Of a stretch of DNA of 64,000 nucleotides, positions 53,201 through 62,972 are shown piece after piece. A program made the position numbers and the translations under genes. The notes beneath the pieces are model-generated. The model saw only the letters and a program-made list of their open reading frames with translations, searched no databases and was not told where the DNA came from. Every line of letters begins with the position of its first letter. Position 1 is the stretch's first letter. Source of the DNA: Antedon mediterranea (taxonomy: Eukaryota > Animalia > Echinodermata); NCBI RefSeq assembly GCF_964355755.1, contig NC_092674.1:22816001-22880000 (forward strand), in the 5' to 3' direction.

Positions 53201-56200
53201 TAGTTTGAACACACAAAAAGATCTAGGTGATGGGATTCGAAACATGGACCAAAGGAAACTTACGGTACTTCACGGTTCAATGCAGAACGCAGTGACTACC
53301 ACTAGTAGTAGCTGACTGCACTATATGCTGTTCTCTATGTTTTATGTAAATTACACAAACCAACAGTGGTGTTGGTAGTCTATGAGTGACGCTTACCTGG
53401 ATAAACCAACATAAGCCTCTCTCTCCGACGAGAGGTAAACATTACGAAAAGAAGAACATTAATAACATTAATTTTTCCCCACCCCCGTCGGATAATGGAT
53501 CAGTCCGCCACCAGTACGCCCTCAAGTGAGACACACCCACTTATCATCGTCATCATTTCTCAAGACCACCTGCCTGAGGGGACGGTAGGGAGGGCGTTTA
53601 TCCAGGTAAGCGGCACTCATAGACTACCAACACCACTGTTGGTTTGTGTAGTCTATATCGTGCCTAGCTTACCTGGATAAACCAACATAAGCCAGTGTAG
53701 CACCGGACTAGAGTCTAGTCGGAGGCGGGAGGCAAGGTAAACATTGTCATACATACCTAGTGTCTGGGCTTCAAGATTGAAGCCGCCACCGTAGACTGGT
53801 TTGCGGAGGTATCCGACAGGTAGTGGGATGTGAAGGTGGACTGTGATCGCCACCATGCCGCTTGCAGGATGTCTGGAAGGGGCACCCCAGCAAACAGCGC
53901 CCATGAAGCGGCTATGCCACGCACTTGGTGCATATGTGCCGGAGGAGGCGTATTTGTGGAGTCGTAACCAGCCCGGATGGCTGCCACGACCCAGTTTGCC
54001 AGCGTCGACCGAGCAGCCGGTCGGAAGGGTGCAACTGTCGATACGAACAGATGTGACGCTGAGACCCGAATGGACTCTGTGCGTTTGATGTAAAACTTTA
54101 GTGCCCGCACCGGGCACCAAAGTCTGTCTTCCTCAACCCCTGAATATGCAGCAATGGTGGGAATAAACACAGTCGGCGGCGAGAAGTTCAATGTCTGAGA
54201 TTTTGCAAGGAAATCTTTTCTAAAAACCAACCGCGCGCCACCCCGTTCAAACCTGATGTGCCCTGGCTCCAGAGAAAGAGCATGCAGTTCACCTCTGCGC
54301 TTGCACGAGGCTAGTGCAATCAAAAAGGCAGTTTTGAGAGTCAGGTTGTAAAGTGATGCCCTACTCAGGGGCTCGAAGGGTGGACGCATAAGAGCGGCTA
54401 GGACGACATTGACGTCCCAACGTGGAATCAGGGCCTTAGTAGGAGGCCGTTCTCGAAACATCCCGCGAAGCAAACTGGAAATTGCAGGGGATGAAGAGAT
54501 GGTCGAGCCGTCTTTAAAATTCGGAATTACTGCAGCCAAGGCAGACCGATAGCCGGATACGGTGCGAACCTGCAGACCTGACTCAAACAGGTAATGTAGG
54601 AAAGCGCAGACCTGGCCCAAAGTCACTTTCATAGGGTCGGTCTTCTGGCGCTTGCACCATTCGAAAAAGTGTTTTAATCGGCTATTGTAGACAGCAAGAG
54701 TGGATTCCCGTCGGGATTTCGCCGCGAGGGCGGCCGGACCATCTGGAATGCCTGAGTCTCTGAAACGATCCCTGACAATGGCCATACAGTCAGGTCGAGG
54801 GATATGAGGTTCGGTAGAGCAAACCGAGCTCGGCCCTGCGTCAGCAAGTCGTTCCGAATCGGAAGACGTAACGGCTGATCGTACAGAAGGCCTAGAAGCA
54901 GTGGAAACCACGGCTGCCTGGGCCAATACGGCGCTATTAGTAGGACTCGGCATTGATGGCGCTGAATGTGCGTCAGGACCAGTGGCAGTATTGAAATCGG
55001 TGGAAAGGCATATGCCCAAAGGTTGTCCCATGGTATGGACAGGGCATCCACCGCCCACGCATGTGCATCCCGATATCGACTGCAGAACGTCGGGAGCTGC
55101 GTGTTGCCTGACGTCGCAAACAGATCTACATGGGGCCGCCCAAAGTGGTTGAAGATCTGGGTGGCGATTATTGGAAGAAGACGCCATTCCGTAGGACGTA
55201 GAAGTGGACGGGACAGTGCGTCCGCCACTATGTTCAGACGACCCGCAATGTGGGCCGCTGACAGTTGGATGTTGTGTCTTATACACCACATTAGCAACGT
55301 CCACGTGTGGCAACATAGCGTGGGGGACCGTGTACCCCCTTGCCTGTTTATGTATGCCACGACGGTTGTGTTGTCGGAATTGACGAGAACATGGCGATTT
55401 GCCAGATGGGGAAGAAGAGCCTCCAATGAGCGCTCGACTGCCCAAAGTTCGAGCAGGTTGATGTGGGCGCGCGTCTCCTCGGGCGACCAGAGGCCGGAGA
55501 CGGTATGTGACCGCCCCAGCCTACTTCGGATGCGTCCGTTTCCACACGGACATCCGGAATTGACCTTTGTATAGGTGTGCCCACAAGTAACCTGTCTTCC
55601 ACGAGCCACCATTCGAGATGCGAGATAATGAACGCATTCGTTGGAACCACCTTGTGTAGAGAGTCTGATCTTGGGCGGTATGCTGCCAGAAGGTGCAGAT
55701 ATAGAGGCCGCATCCTTAACCGGCAGAACGGAACGAGGGCGACGAAGCTGGCCAGTGACCCCAAGGTGCGTAGCCAGTCGTACGCCGTCGGAGCCTGAGC
55801 ATTGATAAGATGTAGCACTGCAGTTCTTGCCTTGGCCACACGCTCGATGGATGGGCACGCACGGCCCGTAACCAAATTTATTTGGGCTCCGAGATACAGA
55901 GGGTTCTGAGAAGGGAGAAGACATGACTTCTCCTCGTTTATTATGAACCCTGCTTGTTCCGTCACGAGGCGGACAAAAGATAAGCTGCTCAGCAGCTGGT
56001 CCCTGGACTGGGCCACGATCAACCAATCGTCTAAGTACATGAACACTCTGATGCCGTGTTGATGAAAGAACGCCGCCAGGGTTCTCACTAGACGAGTAAA
56101 CACTCGTGGGGCCGTTGAGAGGCCGAACGGCAGAGCTACGAATTGGTATACCTGATCGTGAATGCGAAAGCGCAGCCAACTCTGGTGTTCTTGCGCAATA

Positions 56201-59200
56201 GGCACGTGAAAGTACGCGTCTTTCAAGTCTATTGTGGCTGCCCAGTCCCCTCGTCTTAGCCCCAACAGGATAGATGAGACAGTCTCCATCCTGAACCTGC
56301 GGGGCCGGATGTACCGCTTGTTCAGACTTTTGAGGTTTAGGATGGGTCGCCAATCGCCCGATTTTTTCTGGGCGAGGAAAACGGTGGATTCGTGTCCCGG
56401 GATCGTAAGTTGTTCCTTTTGAACATGCACCACAGCTCCTTTCTGGAGCAGTGCTTCGAGGCCCGTCATGAGCGCTTGACTCTTTTCCGGCTCTGACGGA
56501 ATCCTCGTGTGCCGGGCACCTCCGCTCACCGGAGGGCTCGAGAATTCGATACGATACCCGTGTGTCACGGTGGAGAGAACCCATCTGTCTGTGGTCAGGG
56601 TCTCCCAAACCCGTGAAAACCGTTTCAAGCGACCCCCCACCTGCCCGCCCTCGCTTGGAGGGACGGGCGTCCCCGGGCCGTCACCGGCGCTTCACATTAT
56701 AATACCGGCGACCACTCCTGTTGGTGGCGCCTTTGCCACCCCTATTTCGCATTCCGCGAGGGGGGTGTGAAGCCTGTCTTGATGTAGAAGCCTGACTTTG
56801 CATAGGCTGAGCCGGTGGCGGCGGGGGAGGCTGCATCTGCTGAGGAGCCGGGACAGGCGGCGGTCGTGCGGCTGTCCTTGAGCGTGAATTGCTAGCTCGG
56901 CGTTTTTGCGGGAAGCGCGCTCTTGTCTCCCGACGAGCTTCCCTCTCACGAGCCCATTTATCCTCCTTCTGTGAGAAGGAGCCAAAGAACAAGTCCTGCG
57001 CCCCGAAGGAGTCAGACGTAGTAAACCTACGGAAATCGGTCGGTGCGATGTCAGTTGCACCCAAGACGTTAACGCGACGGGCCGCGGCCGCAGATAATGA
57101 GATCGTTGCCTGTTGATCAACAACCAGGCCCATGATCTGCTGTAGTAGAGCTATCACGTCCGAATCGCCCTGGGGCGGATGTTCTGGATCAGCCAGAAAG
57201 GATAGCAAGTACCCGGCCATAGAGGCGGCTCTAAGCGTCTCGCGTGCGGCCCTGTCGACGGACGTAAGGACGTCCTCTGTCCGGGATTCCGAAAGCTTAA
57301 AAAAATTAGTCCTGGACGGGTCCAGGTTCTGGTCCTCACGGACCCGTTCCTTCGCTGCCTCCGGGACGCTCGGCGCCGCGATGTACAGTTCGAATTGTTT
57401 CTGCGGCACCGGAAAAGCCGATGACAGGCTATAAGGCATAGGCCTACGAATCTTGGACTCCTTAGCGATCAGCTCCACACGTTCCACAAGTTCTGGATCG
57501 AGAGGCGTAACCGGGCACGAAGATACCTTCTTAAAGGGCGTGCGTACGCCAAAAGTGGAAAACCGCTTAGACGAAGGAGTATGCTTAGGCTCGCGATACG
57601 TGAAATTGACGCCGAGAAAGGACAGCACCGCGGGGACCGTCCGCATAACTAGCGCCTGCAGACCTTCCTCCCCTGGCCCGGCCTGCTCTCGTAAGCTATC
57701 TCTATCATCGTCAGAGAGCGAGGCCATCGTCCTGTCACTATCGTAATCCCTTTGCCGGACGGACGAACCATCGAAAAACGAGGTCTGCTGTGGGCCAACA
57801 TCAATGTATGGAATATGGGGAGGAGGTCTAATCTGAGAGGGTACCTCAGGCTCATCCCTCGGCAGAGCTCTCACAGCTGCAACAATGGCTTGCAGTAACC
57901 CCGGAGAAAACTCATTCACCCCCGGAACCGCAGAGGCCGCAGCCGGTGCAGGCATATCTGGAAGGCTAACTTCCGGCGCGACGACAGGAGGGCCTGCCGT
58001 ATCAACGGTACCCACCTTCGAAGGTGGTACCGCTTCCGTGCGCTCTTTAGGCTTAGGGAGCGATTTGAACTTGGACGGTGTCCAGCGGACACAAACATCG
58101 CACGGCGACAACTCGGTACACGTGCGGCAATTTATACACTCCAAGTGGCGGTCCCACTTCACGGTAGAGCGGGGACCCCTACATTTAATACAGTCCTGCT
58201 TAGGCATGGTGATCTAACAGACCTACTTTTCCCTACTAGCCTAACGAACAACAAAAGATCTTCCAGTATTTCTATCTAGGTGAAACACACTGGATAACGG
58301 CTTACAACGCTAAATTTTAACTCCTGGCAACCAGCCAAGGGTAACGATTCTAAACGTATCCACCACAAGATAACGATCTACTACACTTAGCTTCGTTTTC
58401 TTGCTCTATTCTTCTCTTCCAGTCTACAGTATAAAGGTCTTTATCGCAAATTCCTCAGGAATTCCAGGAATGTGTTCAAAAAAGACGTACGTACACAACG
58501 ACGTTACGAAAAGAAATGATGACGATGATAAGTGGGTGTGTCTCACTTGAGGGCGTACTGGTGGCGGACTGATCCATTATCCGACGGGGGTGGGGAAAAA
58601 TTAATGTTATTAATGTTCTTCTTTTCGTAATGTTTACCTCTCGTCGGAGAGAGAGGCTTATGTTGGTTTATCCAGGTAAGCTAGGCACGATATAGACTGA
58701 CCTACTATTATTACCAGCTTTTCTGGTGCAATCAAATTACAGTCCATCATGACTTCAAACTGAAACATTAACTTAATTATAATTCTTACCGGCCTTTCTT
58801 TGGTGCCATAAAACTGAGGTCTATCAGGTTCCGAGACCTCAAACTGATCCACGTCCCATTCATATGCTAATCTTGAGTTGGTTCTTTTCCATATCTCTAA
58901 AAACACTGTACCTAATTTACAATTGTAAGAAATAGTTGTATAATTTGTTTGTGGATTCGTCAAACTTTCATTCCTTACAAATATGACTCTAATGATTGTC
59001 TTTTACATCGTTGGTATTACTTCAAGGGCGTTTTAATTTTGTTCTAGATAGGTCAACCGCATGGTAATAATATATAAGTCATAGCTGATAAATGCTAAAT
59101 TAATTATTAAAGGCCTTTAGACAAAATAATATTGAAATAATAAGTGTATAATGATGCTTATTTGTTTAATTCAGAAATGTTCCGCTTGTGTATTCACAGT

Positions 59201-60908
59201 AGTATAGAAGTTGACTTACCCCAAAGACAAATGATGAGTGCATAAAATGGTGTGGCTTTGCTGTCAAAAGAGTTTTTGAAGACTGATAGCATATCAAATG
59301 CCAGGTCTGCAAGGCTGGACAAAGATATATTTATTAATGTTATGTATCAATCGAAAAGGCAACTTGCTGAAAAAATGACAATGCTGTGGGTATCAGTGGC
59401 TGGTTATAGATAGATACAAATAAAATAAGACCAGTCAGAGAGTTGCAACCTTCGCCTTTTTTACAGTTTAAAATGATTACTTTCTTACCTTCCTTCAGCA
59501 TTTGCAATTTCTGAGGTAACATTAGCCAAATAACCGATGTCTTCTGATTTGTTGTATAAACTAATGTTTTGTTCAAGTTCACTCTGGAGATCCTCTAAGT
59601 CACTTATTCTTTGTTCCTCTGTATCTCTGTCATGTCGATACTGATCAACACTGACAAACAATAATATAAAAAAAATTTTATTGGTTTTTAGGCGCATGTT
59701 CATGTCAGGAAGAAGATCATAGTTTTAAAGTCCCTTATTTTTTAGTTTTCGTTTTTTAAAGTCTTTTTTATATAATCTTAAAATATAGATTAAAATTATC
59801 TCAGTCTTATCTTTTAGGTCTCCACCTCCACCAATTATGATACATATATACATAAGTATGGCATAAGTGTGGCATTTCAAAAAGATATTTGAATAGCCGT
59901 AGTAATATTACTAATGGTGTGTAAGAGAAACAACACATTTAAGTTTACCTGAGTAACAATCCGTATATCCATAAAGCTACACCCAGTAAGACAGGTAGCC
60001 AAAGCATAGTGGTCATGCAGCCAATCCATGCAAAATAAAGGGCTACCTTCTCACCAAAGTAATTACGTATTTTCCACATTGGTTGAAACTTAAAGAACTT
60101 TACCCATGTTCGCTGCAAGTCCTATAAAACAAAGAATTGTAAATTATGTAAACTTGAGTTGAACAGTTTAAATGGTTATGAAACTTTTACAAAATTTGAA
60201 TAGCCATATATTAAATATGTAAATAATTTTTTAAACTGAGAGAGCAACAGAAGTTTTGCTATTTAATATTTTTCCCCCATATTGAAGATATCTACAGTAA
60301 TATGTATGATATTCTTGAAAGTTTTGGATGTTATCTTACAAGCAAACAAAAAAGTATCAAGGATAATGGAATACAGTACCTCTCTAGGGTCAAGCTTTGG
60401 GTCAAACGGTATTTTAGCCTCCGTCGCCTTAAGCTCAGCCTCTTCCTCATCATCAAGATACTCAAACGGAGATTCCTCATGGAGTACAAATCCATCCTCA
60501 TAAGCTCCTTTCATCAACATGAAGGGAAGACCTAGATGAATAATAATTACTTTGAAATTAATATGTGAGCAATAGAGAGAAATCAGTTTCTACAGATCTA
60601 AATTAGACAACATATTGGGTTGGCTTTTTGTTTTTTTGGTAATTCACCTCACGATATTAAATAAATAAACGAATCAGCAAATTAACATTGAAAAATCCAA
60701 CCCTGTTGTTAATTGATAATGTACTTATATAATAATAACAATTTTGTTTTAAATTGAACAATAATGTACAAACAAATATAATAATATATACATTCATTAT
60801 TTTTTAATAATTAATTAATTGGAAAATTCCTGGATTATTGTTACCTTGTCTTCGCATGGAGTCTTTGTCCCTTTTCTCAGCTTTAAGATTTATAAGCATT
60901 GAATCAAC
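44253..60908 (-). CDS. Anoctamin/TMEM16 family Ca2+-activated channel or scramblase, 5'-partial (16 exons, ~798 aa in window)
   Basis: Exons 60845-60908, 60380-60531, 59949-60121, 59489-59650, 59220-59314, 58790-58911, 52807-52896, 51756-51945, 51345-51454, 50521-50669, 49927-50104, 49236-49365, 48373-48506, 47416-47496, 46527-46816, 44253-44529 join in phase with GT-AG. Family signatures: FQPMWKIRNYFGEKVALYFAW, FLEIWKR, LTDWENHRT, KLFAFQFVNSYTSLFYIAFF, EYNEKIIMYGY, PLAPL...DIRVDAKR, QDIGMW, FEH...IPDIP. Paralogue identity cannot be assigned; the N-terminus lies outside the window. Confidence 0.93.
46020..46226 (-). mobile_element. SINE fragment
   Basis: Minus strand: B box gggttcaatgccc, core ccagttcactcagctg..aaatgagtacctgg, (ttacct)n-like tail. 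Confidence 0.55.
49434..49548 (+). mobile_element. Miniature (~115 bp) DIRS derivative consisting of both termini only
   Basis: Starts gtctattttgtgcctagcttacctggataaa (DIRS 5' end: gtctatatcgtgcctagcttacctggataaa). Ends ttatcaaggtaagctagcacttaccaacaccatttctggtttttgtaattt (DIRS 3' end: ttatccaggtaagcgtcactcatagactaccaacaccactgttggtttgtgtaattt). Confidence 0.75.
52050..52344. repeat. Nested perfect inverted repeats (fold-back element) in an anoctamin intron
   Basis: Outer arms 52050-52100 / 52294-52344 (51 bp); inner arms 52188-52228 / 52254-52294 (41 bp). Confidence 0.85.
53391..53560. repeat. DIRS 3' inverted terminal repeat (170 bp), with an outer extension 53352-53390
   Basis: Exact reverse complement of 58512-58681. 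Confidence 0.93.
53597..53693. other. DIRS internal complementary region (ICR)
   Basis: 53597-53650 is the reverse complement of 53352-53404 (1 mismatch), and 53651-53693 is the reverse complement of 58655-58697. Together they form a copy of the circle junction, located just downstream of YR. Confidence 0.9.
53757..55445 (-). CDS. DIRS tyrosine recombinase ORF (SAM-like N-domain + catalytic domain)
   Basis: RRESTLAVYNSRLKHF, RTVSGYRSAL, LASCKRRGELHAL, LWCPVRAL, HQVRGIAASWA, TFTSHY: the catalytic R...HxxR...Y set appears intact. Confidence 0.9.
   Translation of the reverse strand: MGSRALIGGSSSPSGKSPCSRQFRQHNRRGIHKQARGYTVPHAMLPHVDVANVVYKTQHPTVSGPHCGSSEHSGGRTVPSTSTSYGMASSSNNRHPDLQPLWAAPCRSVCDVRQHAAPDVLQSISGCTCVGGGCPVHTMGQPLGICLSTDFNTATGPDAHSAPSMPSPTNSAVLAQAAVVSTASRPSVRSAVTSSDSERLADAGPSSVCSTEPHIPRPDCMAIVRDRFRDSGIPDGPAALAAKSRRESTLAVYNSRLKHFFEWCKRQKTDPMKVTLGQVCAFLHYLFESGLQVRTVSGYRSALAAVIPNFKDGSTISSSPAISSLLRGMFRERPPTKALIPRWDVNVVLAALMRPPFEPLSRASLYNLTLKTAFLIALASCKRRGELHALSLEPGHIRFERGGARLVFRKDFLAKSQTLNFSPPTVFIPTIAAYSGVEEDRLWCPVRALKFYIKRTESIRVSASHLFVSTVAPFRPAARSTLANWVVAAIRAGYDSTNTPPPAHMHQVRGIAASWALFAGVPLPDILQAAWWRSQSTFTSHYLSDTSANQSTVAASILKPRH
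54674..56691 (-). pseudogene. DIRS pol (reverse transcriptase - RNase H - DAM-like methyltransferase), frameshifted at ~55507
   Basis: Frame 1 carries VGGRL..F...W, WRPILNLK, IDLKDAYFHVPI, LPFGLSTAPRVFT, YLDD, TDASEVGWGGH. It continues in another frame as HTVSGLWS...HINLLEL, SDNTT, NIVADALSR, DLFAT, YAFPP, PYWPRQPWF. Confidence 0.88.
56681..58207 (-). CDS. DIRS ORF1 (gag-like) with N-terminal Cys/His zinc finger
   Basis: 508-aa ORF; CIKC...HLECINC..C....CDVC cluster at the N-terminus and an Arg/Pro-rich basic C-terminus; first ORF after the 5' ITR. Confidence 0.85.
   Translation of the reverse strand: MPKQDCIKCRGPRSTVKWDRHLECINCRTCTELSPCDVCVRWTPSKFKSLPKPKERTEAVPPSKVGTVDTAGPPVVAPEVSLPDMPAPAAASAVPGVNEFSPGLLQAIVAAVRALPRDEPEVPSQIRPPPHIPYIDVGPQQTSFFDGSSVRQRDYDSDRTMASLSDDDRDSLREQAGPGEEGLQALVMRTVPAVLSFLGVNFTYREPKHTPSSKRFSTFGVRTPFKKVSSCPVTPLDPELVERVELIAKESKIRRPMPYSLSSAFPVPQKQFELYIAAPSVPEAAKERVREDQNLDPSRTNFFKLSESRTEDVLTSVDRAARETLRAASMAGYLLSFLADPEHPPQGDSDVIALLQQIMGLVVDQQATISLSAAAARRVNVLGATDIAPTDFRRFTTSDSFGAQDLFFGSFSQKEDKWAREREARRETRARFPQKRRASNSRSRTAARPPPVPAPQQMQPPPPPPAQPMQSQASTSRQASHPPRGMRNRGGKGATNRSGRRYYNVKRR
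58512..58681. repeat. DIRS 5' inverted terminal repeat (170 bp), with a 17-bp outer extension to 58698
   Basis: Exact reverse complement of 53391-53560 by base-by-base comparison. Confidence 0.93.
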
Positions 60909-61232
60909 CTACAGTACATTGAACAAAATCAGGTTATACCTCAATATAGGCCTACTATTCTAAAATAATATTTGTCTTCAATTTATAAATCAATCGTAGG
61001 TCCTTTAAAAATTACAATAGGCTTAGGCTATATTCAATCTGAGGTCAATTCAATTGCCCGATAAAAATAGAATGAAAAATGGGTATAGAGTGGGAAGAGT
61101 GAAATTTCACTCATTCCTTGGTATAGTGTTTAAGAAACGACCATTCACACTAAAATCACTCTGAGTGATCGAAAAATGTAACATTGCCTAGAGTTTTCCC
61201 AGGCTGCTGGACTGAGTGTGAACACAGATTTA

Positions 61233-61369
61233 AGCTCTGTCGACACTATCAAACTCTGTGTGTCTCCATTTATGGACATGTTGTCATATTACTACCATAG
61301 TTGGACATACCACTGCCATATTTGGGCACAACACACTTTTTTTGTCAAAAATTTTGATTAGACAGAGCT
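61233..61369. mobile_element. PIF/Harbinger (Tourist-like) MITE family; other copies at ~8076-8195, 44714-44838, 47617-47733, 62540-63057, partial ~51645-51735
   Basis: TIR agctctgtctacact...agtgtagacagagct with TTA/TAA flanks (exact TTA TSD at this copy); shared internal sequence among copies. Confidence 0.7.
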
Positions 61370-62607
61370 TTATGCCGGTAATACCTACAATATACAAATT
61401 ATTAACTTAATTATTTTTATCAAAGATACAGAGAGAAGGAACAGAAAGAATTGTTTCATATTCCCCTTTCTCAAGACTGCCCACTCCAAAACAATACTAC
61501 CTGTAGTTAGTAACATTTATTATGTTGAATGACATATTAGTAATATTATAATATATATTGTACAGTATATATAATTTGTACGTGAATATATTGCATCAAT
61601 TATAATTACAAAGCTTTGCATAATAGATACTAATTACATGTGCCATTGATAATTACTGTAATATAACTCTATAAAGAATAATAAAATTAGTATATGGTTG
61701 CCAAGGAACAAATAATGAGAATAATATCTACAGTACGTTTATATAATTCATCAACATCAATAAATAAAATGATTTACATTATTGACAATGACATACTAAA
61801 AATATTATTAATTATATTGTGATTATGATCTAAATTATGCATAATGATTTGATGATCATTAGAATGGCTGATGTTATGGCAGTAATATTCTGAATGGGTA
61901 TCAATGTGTTTATTTTACAGTAAACAATTTATCAATATTTTACAGGTTGGTAGTAGTAGTGCTTGGCTACCGATTCCAGGGTCTCAGGTTCAAATCAAAA
62001 CTATTAATTGACATCAACAGTTGTAATTTATATGATCCCATACAAAGAATGTATGTAAAATTAAAATGATGAAAAATAAAATACTCTACATACTGCATGC
62101 TAAGGAGGTTTGCATGATAAAATAACAAAACTATTGATTTAGTTTTTTCTGTATATTAAAATCATAATGTACATCAGTAAACAAAATTAATTCTAGCAAT
62201 ATCTCATTTAATACATGACCTTTAAATCAACTAAATGACGATGTCATTATTCTGCTTCAATGAATATAAATGGAAACTCAATACAGGTTGATTGAAATAG
62301 TTGCTATGGGGATAGGTAAACAAACCCATTTCTTAATTGTCATGTCAAATATTTTTTGTAATTATATTCATTGTAATCCATCAAATAATATCAGGACATC
62401 CTACACAATTATGACGGTATGAAGATATATACTGTAAATTTAAATGAAATCCAGTCTACATTAATAAGTTTATATTGGAATTATAAGTTAATATTACCTA
62501 ACATAAAAAATGTATTATGAATCATTTAATGTTCTCTAAAGCTCAGTCTACACTATCAAACTAGTAACCATAGTAACCATAATATGGTACTGTAGCGATA
62601 TAATTTT

Positions 62608-62972
62608 ATTTATTTTTTTTTTTTTTATTTATTCGACTTCTCACTAACTCAGTTAGTGAAGGATCTGGACCAACAGGTGGTAAACACCTCTAAAACGGTC
62701 CAGTCCCAATTTGCAGAGTGGCTGTGTGTGACAGTGGCCGTGTTTGTGTGGACTAGTACACCGGGGTAACCCCCTACTCGTCTCGAAAGATGTACTAGGT
62801 TCTTTAAAGTGCGCATGAGCTATGTGTACACTGGACCTACGGTTTATAGTCCTTATCCGAGAAGACTCGTTCTACCACCAGAACCATGGAGCGAGTGAGC
62901 CTCGAACCCTTGCCGATGTTATGACTACGTAATTACGGTTCCACTGTCTTAACCGCTCGGCCACTCACTCGC
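62608..62972 (-). mobile_element. tRNA-derived SINE with Deu/Nin-like central domain, nested in a MITE
   Basis: A box tggccgagcgg, B box ggttcgaggc, core ggataaggactataaaccg...gagtagggggttaccccggtgt, A-rich tail. A decayed relative lies at ~32352-32464 (+). Confidence 0.75.

Larger units (their letters stand above)
53352..58698 (-). mobile_element. Full-length DIRS1-like tyrosine-recombinase retrotransposon in an anoctamin intron
   Basis: GC-rich 5.35-kb block with gag, RT/RNaseH/methyltransferase and YR frames, perfect inverted terminal repeats, and an internal complementary region matching both ends. The 3' end may extend to ~53348 (TAATTT). Confidence 0.95.

Noticed and set aside
53391-53404. 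cttacctgg as a U1 snRNA 5' end or spliced-leader RNA gene
   Set aside because: The match is only ~9 nt with no downstream U1 stem-loops or Sm site; it is part of the DIRS terminal repeat.
53843-58217. Plus-strand ORFs antisense to the DIRS genes (e.g. 54966-55574, 57132-57434)
   Set aside because: Expected shadows of GC-rich, dual-coded sequence; no recognisable motifs.
53352-58698. GC-rich island with integrase and methyltransferase as prophage, bacterial contamination or HGT
   Set aside because: gag, RT/RH/MT, YR, ITRs and ICR are the standard DIRS1 layout, and it sits cleanly in an intron between in-phase anoctamin exons.
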